Below are positions 34,308-41,450 of a DNA stretch of 41,450 bases, in pieces. The stretch is from a virus (Duplodnaviria > Caudoviricetes). Made by a program: the position numbers and the translations under genes. The notes beneath the pieces are model-generated. The model worked only from the letters and a program-made list of their open reading frames with translations, searched no databases and was not told the DNA's origin. The stretch spans positions 1-41,450 of IMG/VR virus record IMGVR_UViG_3300044500_000007; one strand, 5' to 3'. The stretch's first letter is position 1. Every line of letters starts with the position of its first letter.

Positions 34308-34726
34308 GGTTGTTCTCCCGTGGGCACTGTAAGCAGTGGGGGATTCGGCGCAGTCTGTCGCTTCAGGTCTTCGGTTCTTCCGAGATGAAGCAGCCTGGCT
34401 TTCACTCCAGCCAAATCGCCGAGAACTTCTTCATTCCGAAATCGAATCACTTGGAGGCCGTAGGAACGCATGACGGCATCCCGCTTGGCGTCTTGCTCTT
34501 TCATGCTGTCGTGATACCCGCCATCGATTTCGATAACGAGCCGTGCTTCCGATGAGTAGAAATCGGCGATATACCCAAGCATTGGGGACTGCCTTCGAAA
34601 CTTGATTCCACCCAGACGTCGAGCCCTCAGAATCTTCCACATGGCCGCTTCCGCCGTCGTCGGTTTCCGTCTCAAGCTTCTGGCGAGCTCTTTTTTACTT
34701 TCAGGCATTCTGTTCCGTAGTGGCAT
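34304..34726 (-). CDS. DUF559 / Vsr-like PD-(D/E)XK endonuclease
   Basis: ARSLRR..T.AE..MW..LR, KFRRQ, YIADF, LVIEIDGGYH, D..RD, VIRF.NEEV. Confidence 0.9.
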   Translation of the reverse strand: MPLRNRMPESKKELARSLRRKPTTAEAAMWKILRARRLGGIKFRRQSPMLGYIADFYSSEARLVIEIDGGYHDSMKEQDAKRDAVMRSYGLQVIRFRNEEVLGDLAGVKARLLHLGRTEDLKRQTAPNPPLLTVPTGEQP

Positions 34727-34777
34727 GGTCCCTTTCTAAAAACGAAGGACGCCGGATGGACGAAGTCCAAATCCGGA

Positions 34778-35210
34778 AGTCCGGAGTGTTTTTTGCTTTT
34801 TCTTTTTTTGGGGGAAGAGTCCGGAAGAGGTATGGAGAAACCGAGAAACCCCCTTTTTGCTAAAAAGAACCGGTTTATTTCCTAACTTATTGATTCTACG
34901 GTAGGCGGACACTTTTCGGACACTCCGGACAACTCCCGAAGGTTGCACCTGGATTTCCGGGTTGATATGTTGAATTTCATGCAAGTGTCCGAAGTGTCCG
35001 AAACTGTCCGCCGATAGTAGAATGTTGCACATAGGACACTCTTCGGTTTTCAGCTTCGAAAGTGTCCGGACTGCGGAATATGTTCCCCGGACCATTCGGA
35101 CACTTGCGTTTTTCAAGAGGCTTCCTCCTGAAGGTAGATACGGTCCCCGTGCTCGCGGAAAAGATTGGGATAGCGCCGCAAGACCCGGGCGATATTGTCC
35201 GGAGTGTCCG
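34778..35210. repeat. iteron cluster (AGTGTCCG, both orientations), putative replication origin
   Basis: Exact copies at 34906, 34917, 34984, 34993, 35061, 35097, 35203; near copies at 34926, 35003, 35033, 35194; T-rich tract ~34788-34809. Confidence 0.72.
34883..34895 (-). promoter_or_regulatory. IHF-consensus site
   Basis: Minus strand AATCAATAAGTTA matches WATCAANNNNTTR exactly; lies between the T-rich tract and the iterons. Confidence 0.55.
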
Positions 35211-37170
35211 GGTCGATTCGATCACAGAGGTCTCGCTTGTATTGCGGGCCAGTCTCTCTAAGGATTCGAATCAGACGCTCGCGCACCGTCAGCTTTGCGG
35301 CCAACTCGTCGGTTTCTGCAATATTTTCCGGAACGATAACGGTTTTGCGTTGGGGTAGGAACATCACGCGCATTCCCACCGCCGGCAGAAGTGGACCCAT
35401 GTTCGCCTTCCGGTTGTAGAACCCGAGGTGTATGGCACGATCGACGGCTGCAGGGATGGATTGGACGTTCCACGTCATACGTGCGCCGTTATGCCAGAAC
35501 GCACTCCCGAATGGACGTTGGTCGGCGTTTTCACTTTTATTGATGTGCGCCACATGGAGGGATCCGCAGTGAATCTCACGGACGGCGCGAAAATACTTTC
35601 CGGCAATCTCTGCCGATTCCGGGGGACCGTCGCAGGCGAAGGCCACCGAGTCGTACACAGCAAAATCAATCTTGTGCTGTTTGGTAATCCGCCGCAGTCG
35701 GTCAAACTCATGCACCAAAGGACGCTCACAGCGACAGTATTGAATCTCCGGCATGTTCACGCCGAACAAGCGCTCCAGGCGGTCCCGGTGGTCCTCTCCG
35801 CTCAACTCCCAATCGAATAACGCCACCTTCAATCCCGCAAGCGCCAGTGTCCCCAGGATGAATAGAGAGACGTAGCTTTTGGCGGAGTTGTGGTGCCAGA
35901 TCCCATTCGCTAAATAGTTGTGGTAGTACGGGACAGTGAGATCGTAGTAGATCGCGTAGTTGATATAAGAGATGGAGGATATGCTGTCATGGTAGAATGA
36001 ATCAGGAGGAATTGTAGATGGCTCGAACTGGTCGCCCGCCTCTTGATCTGCCAATCGATACGATTCGATCGATGGCGTTAGATGGCCGCTCTTTAGACGA
36101 GATGGCCCAGACGTGCAAATGCTCTCGAAATGCGGTCTGGCATGCGATGAAGCGGCATGGAATTCCACGGCTTCCCCCAAAGGCACGTCCGGAAAAGAAT
36201 CACTTCTGGAATGGCGGGGTAATAGTGAGCAGGGGATACATTCTCGTGAAAGACAATCAAAATCCGATGGCCAATTCGAATGGATACGTAAGGGAGCACC
36301 GGAGAGTTGCTTCGGAAATTCTCGGACGCCCGTTAACGCGCAAAGAGGTTGTTCATCATAAGGACGGGAATCCTCAGAACAATGATCCGTCGAATCTTGA
36401 AATATTTTCTGGCAACGGTGCGCATCTGAAAGAAACTCTGACTGGGATTCCTCATGTGCTGTCTGCACCGGGGCGGGAGAAACTGAGACAGACAGCGCAT
36501 CGCCGATGGCGAGCGTTTCGGCAAATCTCCACCCTGAAGGAGTCAAAAAACGATGACGGCCAGTCACAGTAACCGAGCGGCCCGAAGACAGGGTGAACTG
36601 GAATAGTGCTGCATACCCCTTCGCCATCGGAGCCGTCGCCTGAGCGGCAACACGTCCATTCGGTCCCAGCGCCCAAACGGTAATTGGTTGGCCACGTTCC
36701 GCCAGTACATCGACACGTTCTGAAAGTTCCGGGCCTTCGATCAGCGTGTCTGGCGCAATACAGCCACCATCCCCGAAGAGAATGGACGGGTGTCGGCGTG
36801 GGAATACCAGACCGTCCACATTCAACACGTCATCAGGTTCGGGTCGTGGAAGAGTCCCGAGAATTACCGAAGGATCACCTTCACGCTCCGCGCTGAAAAC
36901 CCGCTGGCAAAAATCTTCCAGTAATCCAAACCAATCCATTTCCCCACAGGTTCGGGACCGAGTTGTCAGAACCTTTGCGCGGTCTTGCCGCGCTCGTACA
37001 CTAGAGAAATTGAAGTCTCCCGTGCTGAGATATCCATTGATGGTCTGAGCGCCCGGTATGATGCATTGAATGGATAGTTCGCCGATCAGCTCAGAACGCT
37101 CCCGTCGTAGCCGCACGGCCTCGAACGTCACGCCAAGCCCCGGGGCCTCGAAGGTGTAGGCATCGCTCAC
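35113..37170 (-). CDS. RepA/AAA_25-like replicative helicase containing an intein (685-aa precursor, 393 aa spliced)
   Basis: Splicing restores Walker A GDGG|SAKS; ALFDWE, VYDS (Walker B), HVAH, PFGS..W.N.AR motifs; C-terminal wHTH-like segment. Confidence 0.85.
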   Translation of the reverse strand: MSDAYTFEAPGLGVTFEAVRLRRERSELIGELSIQCIIPGAQTINGYLSTGDFNFSSVRARQDRAKVLTTRSRTCGEMDWFGLLEDFCQRVFSAEREGDPSVILGTLPRPEPDDVLNVDGLVFPRRHPSILFGDGGCIAPDTLIEGPELSERVDVLAERGQPITVWALGPNGRVAAQATAPMAKGYAALFQFTLSSGRSVTVTGRHRFLTPSGWRFAETLAIGDALSVSVSPAPVQTAHEESQSEFLSDAHRCQKIFQDSTDHCSEDSRPYDEQPLCALTGVREFPKQLSGAPLRIHSNWPSDFDCLSRECIPCSLLPRHSRSDSFPDVPLGEAVEFHAASSHARPHFESICTSGPSRLKSGHLTPSIESYRLADQEAGDQFEPSTIPPDSFYHDSISSISYINYAIYYDLTVPYYHNYLANGIWHHNSAKSYVSLFILGTLALAGLKVALFDWELSGEDHRDRLERLFGVNMPEIQYCRCERPLVHEFDRLRRITKQHKIDFAVYDSVAFACDGPPESAEIAGKYFRAVREIHCGSLHVAHINKSENADQRPFGSAFWHNGARMTWNVQSIPAAVDRAIHLGFYNRKANMGPLLPAVGMRVMFLPQRKTVIVPENIAETDELAAKLTVRERLIRILRETGPQYKRDLCDRIDPDTPDNIARVLRRYPNLFREHGDRIYLQEEAS
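35990..36009 (+). promoter_or_regulatory. extended -10 promoter candidate and RBS for the antisense HNH gene
   Basis: TGgTAGAAT at 35990-35998; AGGAGG at 36004-36009; ATG at 36018. Confidence 0.6.
36018..36572 (+). CDS. HNH homing endonuclease (N-terminal HTH + HNH_3) encoded antisense inside the intein
   Basis: RSLDEMA..CKCSRNAVW..MKRHGI (HTH); NHFWNGG..GYI; GYVREHR; VVHHKDGNPQNNDPSNL; strong RBS. Confidence 0.92.
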   Translation: MARTGRPPLDLPIDTIRSMALDGRSLDEMAQTCKCSRNAVWHAMKRHGIPRLPPKARPEKNHFWNGGVIVSRGYILVKDNQNPMANSNGYVREHRRVASEILGRPLTRKEVVHHKDGNPQNNDPSNLEIFSGNGAHLKETLTGIPHVLSAPGREKLRQTAHRRWRAFRQISTLKESKNDDGQSQ

Positions 37171-37394
37171 CGATCCACCTTGCGAAAGATTCGCTTTTCC
37201 AAGAATGCCTGGACCGCTTCAGCTTCAATCGCATCACGCTCTGTCAGCACCTCGGCAATATCGTCCCAATTCTCAGGCCGGTTGCCGGGAGCCATCGCTT
37301 CGTAATACGACCGCATCAGTGCGACGTACCGACGATGCGCCTCCGCGCTCATTTCGACAGGCGCACGATTGGCGAGTTCGATAACAGTACCCAT
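37167..37394 (-). CDS. hypothetical protein
   Basis: GTGA-coupled to the helicase gene. Confidence 0.6.
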   Translation of the reverse strand: MGTVIELANRAPVEMSAEAHRRYVALMRSYYEAMAPGNRPENWDDIAEVLTERDAIEAEAVQAFLEKRIFRKVDR

Positions 37395-37589
37395 TTACTT
37401 ATTCGCTGTTTCCAAAATCCCGAATTTCTTGTGTAGTTCCACGTTCAGATCGGACATAAATCCTGCCAATTCGCGCGCGATTTCTGGCGAGGAGACGGAG
37501 ATTTCCATCAGGAGTATCCGATTCAGCTTCGCCCAGGCATCGCGGGATTGAATCCGGTCAATCAGCGGTACTTTGATGTCAATCGTCAT
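37395..37589 (-). CDS. hypothetical protein
   Basis: GGAGG RBS. Confidence 0.6.
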   Translation of the reverse strand: MTIDIKVPLIDRIQSRDAWAKLNRILLMEISVSSPEIARELAGFMSDLNVELHKKFGILETANK

Positions 37590-37670
37590 ACCTCCCCCTC
37601 ACCCCACACGGCGGTCATGCTGCGGTACTTCCGCCATGGATATCGTCTCTCGTGAGCGACTGTTGACGGA

Positions 37671-37829
37671 TCATGCACGGGTCCACCCCCACCACACCGC
37701 GACCCCCAGAATCAGGAGCAGTGGCCAGAGCGGACACGGTCGGCGCTGGAGGCTGGTGCGGGCGAGCCACGCGTTCGATGGCGTCTGCCGCTGCGGTCGG
37801 TATCTCCACGGGGTCGAGTAGTCGGTCAT
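37671..37829 (-). CDS. 52-aa protein with C-terminal TM (MTDYSTPW...LLLILGVAVWWGWTRA; not in ORF track)
   Basis: AGGAG RBS; better supported than the listed 37615..37809 frame. Confidence 0.55.
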   Translation of the reverse strand: MTDYSTPWRYRPQRQTPSNAWLARTSLQRRPCPLWPLLLILGVAVWWGWTRA

Positions 37830-37892
37830 GTTAATCTCCTATGCAAACTGGATCGAACCGATCGAATTCGTTTTTACCCTCTATCTTTATCT

Positions 37893-38816
37893 TCATGGCT
37901 TAGCACTCGCATTTATTACAGCTCCCGGATCATCTGGCGGGAGCGAATCCAGTATCTCCTTTATTCTGTCGTCAGGATTGCGACGAGTCTCCATATTGGC
38001 AATCAAACCCTGAATGGCGCTTGTACAAATTGACCATAGGCTATTTGCCTCTTGGATACTAAGCGTCACCTCCGGATGAACCATTGGATTCCGGTGTAAG
38101 TCTTTTATTTGCCTGAGTACCTGAATAACCTTCTTATTTGCACCATTGCCTTCGAGGGCTTCAATATATTTACCCCAATTACGCTGGCTTTCCTTCAATG
38201 GCTCACACTTAAACGCTTCCATTGCGGAGGTAATGACGGATTCCGTGGCTCTGGCAATATGAAATCCGGACGCAGTCGGCAATTCAAACGCAAGGCATCT
38301 TCCTGCCTGTTTTGTGTCATCAAGCGCCTTGGGGGGCATTCTCTGCCTGAGTATCCCGAATACGCTATCGGCATGATCTAGCAATGCATCCGTTGAAAAT
38401 ACCCCGACTGGATCAACGGTATAAATTGGAACTAGCGGAAGCTCGTTAGCTACTACAACTTCAAATCGAGCCGCTGCTTGTTGGGCTAATTGTAGATTTT
38501 GTTTTATTACGGCTTCCTCTGTCTGATTGGTTGCCATCAGAGCACCCAATGAAACCTGAAGCTCTAATGCAGATTTGCGCGTTGCCCTCCAATCGATAGT
38601 TAGATCCCCGGATAGGATATGCCCCAAGATCAATTGGACCTGAGAGACAGCAGAGACGATATCGACAAGCTTTGAGGAGTCAACTGTCGATAATGCCTGA
38701 AGATATTTGCCCAGCCCGATCAGGGCGACCGTATTTATTCTGTTCACTCGGGAACCTTCCTTTTTCGCTATTAACCAGAAATAATTGGCGAAGACGGGAG
38801 TGCGCTTATTCAGCAC
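37893..38816 (-). CDS. HEPN-domain protein (DUF4145-like), candidate RNase / defence moron
   Basis: AGRCLAFELPTASGFH..RATE and RNPMVH (R-x4-H) at 38076-38093; AT-rich; alternative GTG start at 38747. Confidence 0.72.
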   Translation of the reverse strand: MLNKRTPVFANYFWLIAKKEGSRVNRINTVALIGLGKYLQALSTVDSSKLVDIVSAVSQVQLILGHILSGDLTIDWRATRKSALELQVSLGALMATNQTEEAVIKQNLQLAQQAAARFEVVVANELPLVPIYTVDPVGVFSTDALLDHADSVFGILRQRMPPKALDDTKQAGRCLAFELPTASGFHIARATESVITSAMEAFKCEPLKESQRNWGKYIEALEGNGANKKVIQVLRQIKDLHRNPMVHPEVTLSIQEANSLWSICTSAIQGLIANMETRRNPDDRIKEILDSLPPDDPGAVINASAKP

Positions 38817-39531
38817 TGTAGTCCTCCCCTCCCTGATTCGGCAAGTATATTATTGCCCACCAGGACGCCATCCAGTCCCAGAACGATTCCCGTGCATGGC
38901 CCTTGAGTCTCCATGTTCCCGTGTTCGCGGTATCATTTAGGAACCAACGGACGAGCATGTCATTCATGGGCATCACGCCGAGAAATTCCGAATGGTTTCC
39001 AAGTTCCGTATGGTCATTGGGCGCGGGAGTTGCCGACGCGGCCATCCTCCAGCGATGCTGGGCGAATGCCTGAATCAGCATGGCAGTCGTTTTACCGGTA
39101 AAGTTTTTTAGGATGCTGGATTCATCAAGCACGACGGCCCCAAATGCGGACGGATCCAACCTATCGAGCCGGTCATAGTTGCAGACATTCAGGCCATGCT
39201 TTGCGTCGGACTGGTCGCGGATCACACGAATGTCGTAGCCCCATCGGCGACCCTCTTTCTCAATCTGGCGAGCGACCGCAAGTGGAGTAAGGATTAACGT
39301 CATGCCGTTCGATGATTCGCCGGCATGGAATCCCCATTCCAATTCGCACGCAGTTTTGCCGAGGCCAGTATCGAGAAAGAGCCCGAACGAACCACATCGC
39401 AGACCGAAATCCACGGAGTCGGACTGGAAGCCGTGAAGATGGGCCGCCAGCGCCGGCGCTTCAGCGAGTCCTCGCATTTGCGGAATCAGAGTTTTGGAAT
39501 CTAGGAATTCGCGATAAGTTGCCGGCTTCAC
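38806..39531 (-). pseudogene. truncated SNF2-like helicase (N-terminal RecA lobe only)
   Basis: DTGLGKT, VLDESS, SATPAPND motifs present; sequence diverges after FWDWMASW and helicase motifs IV-VI are missing. Confidence 0.75.
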
Positions 39532-39695
39532 GCGCACCCCTCTAGCGTCTGGCTCTCAAACCGCTGACAGCCGCACGTCTTCAGCGTGCAAGCCAGTCCG
39601 TAATACGCATGGAATAGCCAGTGGTCGCCACACTTGCAGAACCCGTTCTCGTCGTGACCCTCTGGCCAAGGAAGGGCGGATGTGGTATCAGTCAT
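39528..39695 (-). CDS. small Cys/His Zn-binding protein (start MTDTT)
   Basis: CKCGDH...H....C....CGC..F motif; GGGGAG RBS. Confidence 0.6.
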   Translation of the reverse strand: MTDTTSALPWPEGHDENGFCKCGDHWLFHAYYGLACTLKTCGCQRFESQTLEGCA

Positions 39696-39852
39696 GGAAC
39701 AGCGACTCCCCCGGCAGTCGGCCGGGCTCCACAGCTGGCGGTTCATGCGGCTCCTGCGATCCCATCGACAGCAATGCGCAAGTGAGGAAGCCCGCAGCGT
39801 AGGCCACGAACAGGCCTGTGAATATGGCGATGGTGAGCCAGCCGGCGGTCAT
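39688..39852 (-). CDS. 54-aa single-TM protein MTAGWLTIAIFTGLFVAYAAGFLTCALL... (not in ORF track)
   Basis: ATGA-coupled to the HTH gene; GGAG RBS. Confidence 0.55.
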   Translation of the reverse strand: MTAGWLTIAIFTGLFVAYAAGFLTCALLSMGSQEPHEPPAVEPGRLPGESLFHD

Positions 39853-40061
39853 GCGCGTCTCCGTGAGGGCTTTGGATATTCATATTGTTCCGGCAGGCGC
39901 ACGAGCCCCAACGCCTTCGGGATCTTATCCCCGAGTTCGCGCTTACCGTTGAATACGTCGGACAGGAACGCCTGACTGATTCCGAGGCTCTTGGCGAGGT
40001 CCTTGCTGGAGCCCCTGCCTTTCCTCTCCCACAAGATTTCGATAACATCCTGAGTGTTCAT
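39849..40061 (-). CDS. Cro/XRE-type HTH transcriptional regulator
   Basis: SKDLAKSLGISQAFLSDVFNGKRELG.KI..ALGL; start MNTQD at 40061. Confidence 0.85.
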   Translation of the reverse strand: MNTQDVIEILWERKGRGSSKDLAKSLGISQAFLSDVFNGKRELGDKIPKALGLVRLPEQYEYPKPSRRRA

Positions 40062-40068
40062 GGAGCCT

Positions 40069-40096
40069 ATTATCCACGGGCCCATTCGCAATGCAA
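40069..40096 (-). promoter_or_regulatory. leftward promoter candidate, leaderless for the HTH gene
   Basis: TTGCAT-16 nt-GATAAT, then 7 nt to ATG; no SD in between. Confidence 0.55.
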
Positions 40097-40127
40097 GAAA
40101 ATAATTCCGTTATTCGCTAATTGGCTA

Positions 40128-40156
40128 TTGACATCCGTTTTGACTACGCGTAGATT
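40128..40156 (+). promoter_or_regulatory. rightward sigma70 early promoter
   Basis: TTGACA (40128-40133)-17 nt-TAGATT (40151-40156). Confidence 0.75.
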
Positions 40157-40221
40157 GGTCTCCGTTGCCTGCGTGCATGTGCCGAACGCGAGAAGGCAGA
40201 ACTAGCGAAACAGGAGCCCGC

Positions 40222-40506
40222 ATGAGCACGCACACGCCAGAAGAATTCATGCAGTACTTTCGGTCCAACTATCCGGGGCCGAGCACGATTATCAGTAGTC
40301 CGGATTGGCACGCACCGAAGATTTACCGGGCGGCAATTCACGCCAGCGGCTACAAGCAACTGGTCGAGGCGCTGGAGGCCGCCGCCGCAGTCGTTTGCTC
40401 GCTAAGCTGTGAGAGCGTCAAAACGACGGATCGCCCTTGGCATCATTCACCGCTTTGCGTGCAGGTTACTGCCGCGCTCGCCCTTGCACGAGGTGAACAG
40501 CCATGA
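40222..40506 (+). CDS. hypothetical early protein (start MSTHT)
   Basis: AGGAG RBS; first gene after the rightward promoter. Confidence 0.65.
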   Translation: MSTHTPEEFMQYFRSNYPGPSTIISSPDWHAPKIYRAAIHASGYKQLVEALEAAAAVVCSLSCESVKTTDRPWHHSPLCVQVTAALALARGEQP

Positions 40507-40772
40507 AAGACAATGGCGGATCCGCATTCGCCTCCATTGAATACGACCAGAACGAGGGCCATTGGGAAGGCCGCTACCCAATCCACGAGCAACATCCCGG
40601 CATGTCGCTGCGCGATTACTTTGCGGGTCAGGCAACTATTGGAATGACGGAGCTAGTGAGTTGGACGGAGTCGATGAGCGGTACTCACCATCTGTGGGAC
40701 CCGAAAGACATTGCAAAACGTGCTTATCGTATCGCCGACGCGATGATCGCAGAACGGGAGAAGCAACCATGA
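40503..40772 (+). CDS. conserved phage hypothetical protein
   Basis: GGSAF...GMSLRDYFAGQA...AYRIADAMIAER family motif. Confidence 0.8.
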   Translation: MKDNGGSAFASIEYDQNEGHWEGRYPIHEQHPGMSLRDYFAGQATIGMTELVSWTESMSGTHHLWDPKDIAKRAYRIADAMIAEREKQP

Positions 40773-41017
40773 GCCTCCACCCCCTCTGCGAAGACATGCT
40801 CGATGATTTCTTCGAGGAAGTCGTGATTTCTGATGTGGATTTTGAAATGAAGGCCGAGGCCATCATTGAGCGCCTCGTCGAATGGAGCGCCTTCCTCCGT
40901 CAGATGGAGCGGGCGCCGAGCAGTATTCCGCACCATCAGTTGCCCGAGGCCTGGCAGTGGGAAGAGCGCTCACGGCGGGAGACGCGGGATCAGTTCATTG
41001 GATGGAATTATCGATGA
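40769..41017 (+). CDS. acidic hypothetical protein (start MSLHP)
   Basis: ATGA coupling on both sides. Confidence 0.6.
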   Translation: MSLHPLCEDMLDDFFEEVVISDVDFEMKAEAIIERLVEWSAFLRQMERAPSSIPHHQLPEAWQWEERSRRETRDQFIGWNYR

Positions 41018-41337
41018 ATGAAAAAACGTTATTCGAATCACTTCGACAGTATCGAGTTCCGGAACACCTTCACGGTGCAATCGTCAGGTATGTCCTACGC
41101 GGCATACCGCCCGGAGGATTCCTTTCTGCCGTCATTTGTAATGACCTGAAAGAATCTCTTGGCCGCGCAGATGAAATCAACACTGCCGCCATATTCAATA
41201 TCGTGAGCTGGTTTTACAACTGCGCTCCATCGGAATGCTGGAAATCGCAGCCACACATGAATGCTTGGATTAAATCGCGTCAGTCGGGCGATGAAGCACG
41301 CGACGAAATCAACGAATCGTTCGGGAGGCAGCGATGA
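41014..41337 (+). CDS. conserved phage hypothetical protein (start MNEKT)
   Basis: Y...GIPPGGFL.AV..NDL....RAD..N...Y..AP..CW.S motif. Confidence 0.72.
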   Translation: MNEKTLFESLRQYRVPEHLHGAIVRYVLRGIPPGGFLSAVICNDLKESLGRADEINTAAIFNIVSWFYNCAPSECWKSQPHMNAWIKSRQSGDEARDEINESFGRQR

Positions 41338-41450
41338 GTGAAGCAATGCCAACTCTCAAGGTTGCGAATCATCAGGAGCTTGTCGAGCGTGTCATGACCG
41401 AGCATTGGGATATTGGCGCTTGTCCATGCACGTTCTGCCAGCAAGGCAGG
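41334..41450 (+). CDS. 5' part of Cys-rich early protein running off the window end
   Basis: GGAGG RBS, ATGA overlap; MSEAMPTLKV...ACPCTFCQQGR open to the end. Confidence 0.55.
   Translation, partial: MSEAMPTLKVANHQELVERVMTEHWDIGACPCTFCQQGR

Larger units (their letters stand above)
35887..36762 (-). mobile_element. class-1 intein (292 aa, residues 137-428) in the helicase P-loop
   Basis: Cys1 CIAPDTLI; block B VTGRHRFLTPSGW; block F YYDLTV; block G HNYLANGIWHHN|S (His-Asn, +1 Ser). Confidence 0.93.
1..41450. mobile_element. P22-like (podovirus-type) bacteriophage genome, probably complete and circularly permuted
   Basis: TerS-TerL-portal-scaffold-coat-gp4-gp10-ejection-lysis gene order, replication and early modules, no host housekeeping genes, ORFs run off both ends on the same strand. 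Confidence 0.93.

Noticed and set aside
34736-35116. 126-aa ORF downstream of the helicase
   Set aside because: ATGA-coupled, but its sequence is dictated by iterons and the T-tract (FGHFGH, VRSVR, KKKK), so I could not support it as a protein.
40070-40078. DnaA-box-like TTATCCACG
   Set aside because: Single 8/9 match that coincides with the -10 element of the leftward promoter.

Overview
The window looks like a complete or nearly complete ~41.5 kb genome of a P22-like (short-tailed) dsDNA phage. Divergent sigma70-type promoters sit at ~40.07-40.16 kb. The rightward early arm wraps from the window end to ~2.46 kb and holds small genes, a Sak4-like ATPase and an SSB. The long leftward arm holds an HTH regulator, a truncated SNF2 helicase, a HEPN gene, a RepA-like helicase, a putative origin, nucleases, TerS/TerL, portal, scaffold, coat, accessory structural genes, gp4/gp10-like proteins, ejection proteins and lysis genes. 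I see no integrase, DNA polymerase, tRNA or CRISPR array. Most unusual: (1) a class-1 intein in the helicase Walker A motif whose HNH endonuclease is not in frame but is a separate gene on the opposite strand, with its own RBS and candidate promoter, while both frames stay open; (2) five genes in the virion-morphogenesis operon, including the one right after the coat gene, with Sec-type signal peptides. Also seen: an EndoVII gene flanked by a duplicated gene end, a SieA-positioned antisense membrane gene, a HEPN gene replacing half of a helicase, an iteron/IHF origin candidate, and twin hairpins with identical anti-SD-like loops. All family assignments come from motif recognition by eye; no searches were run.
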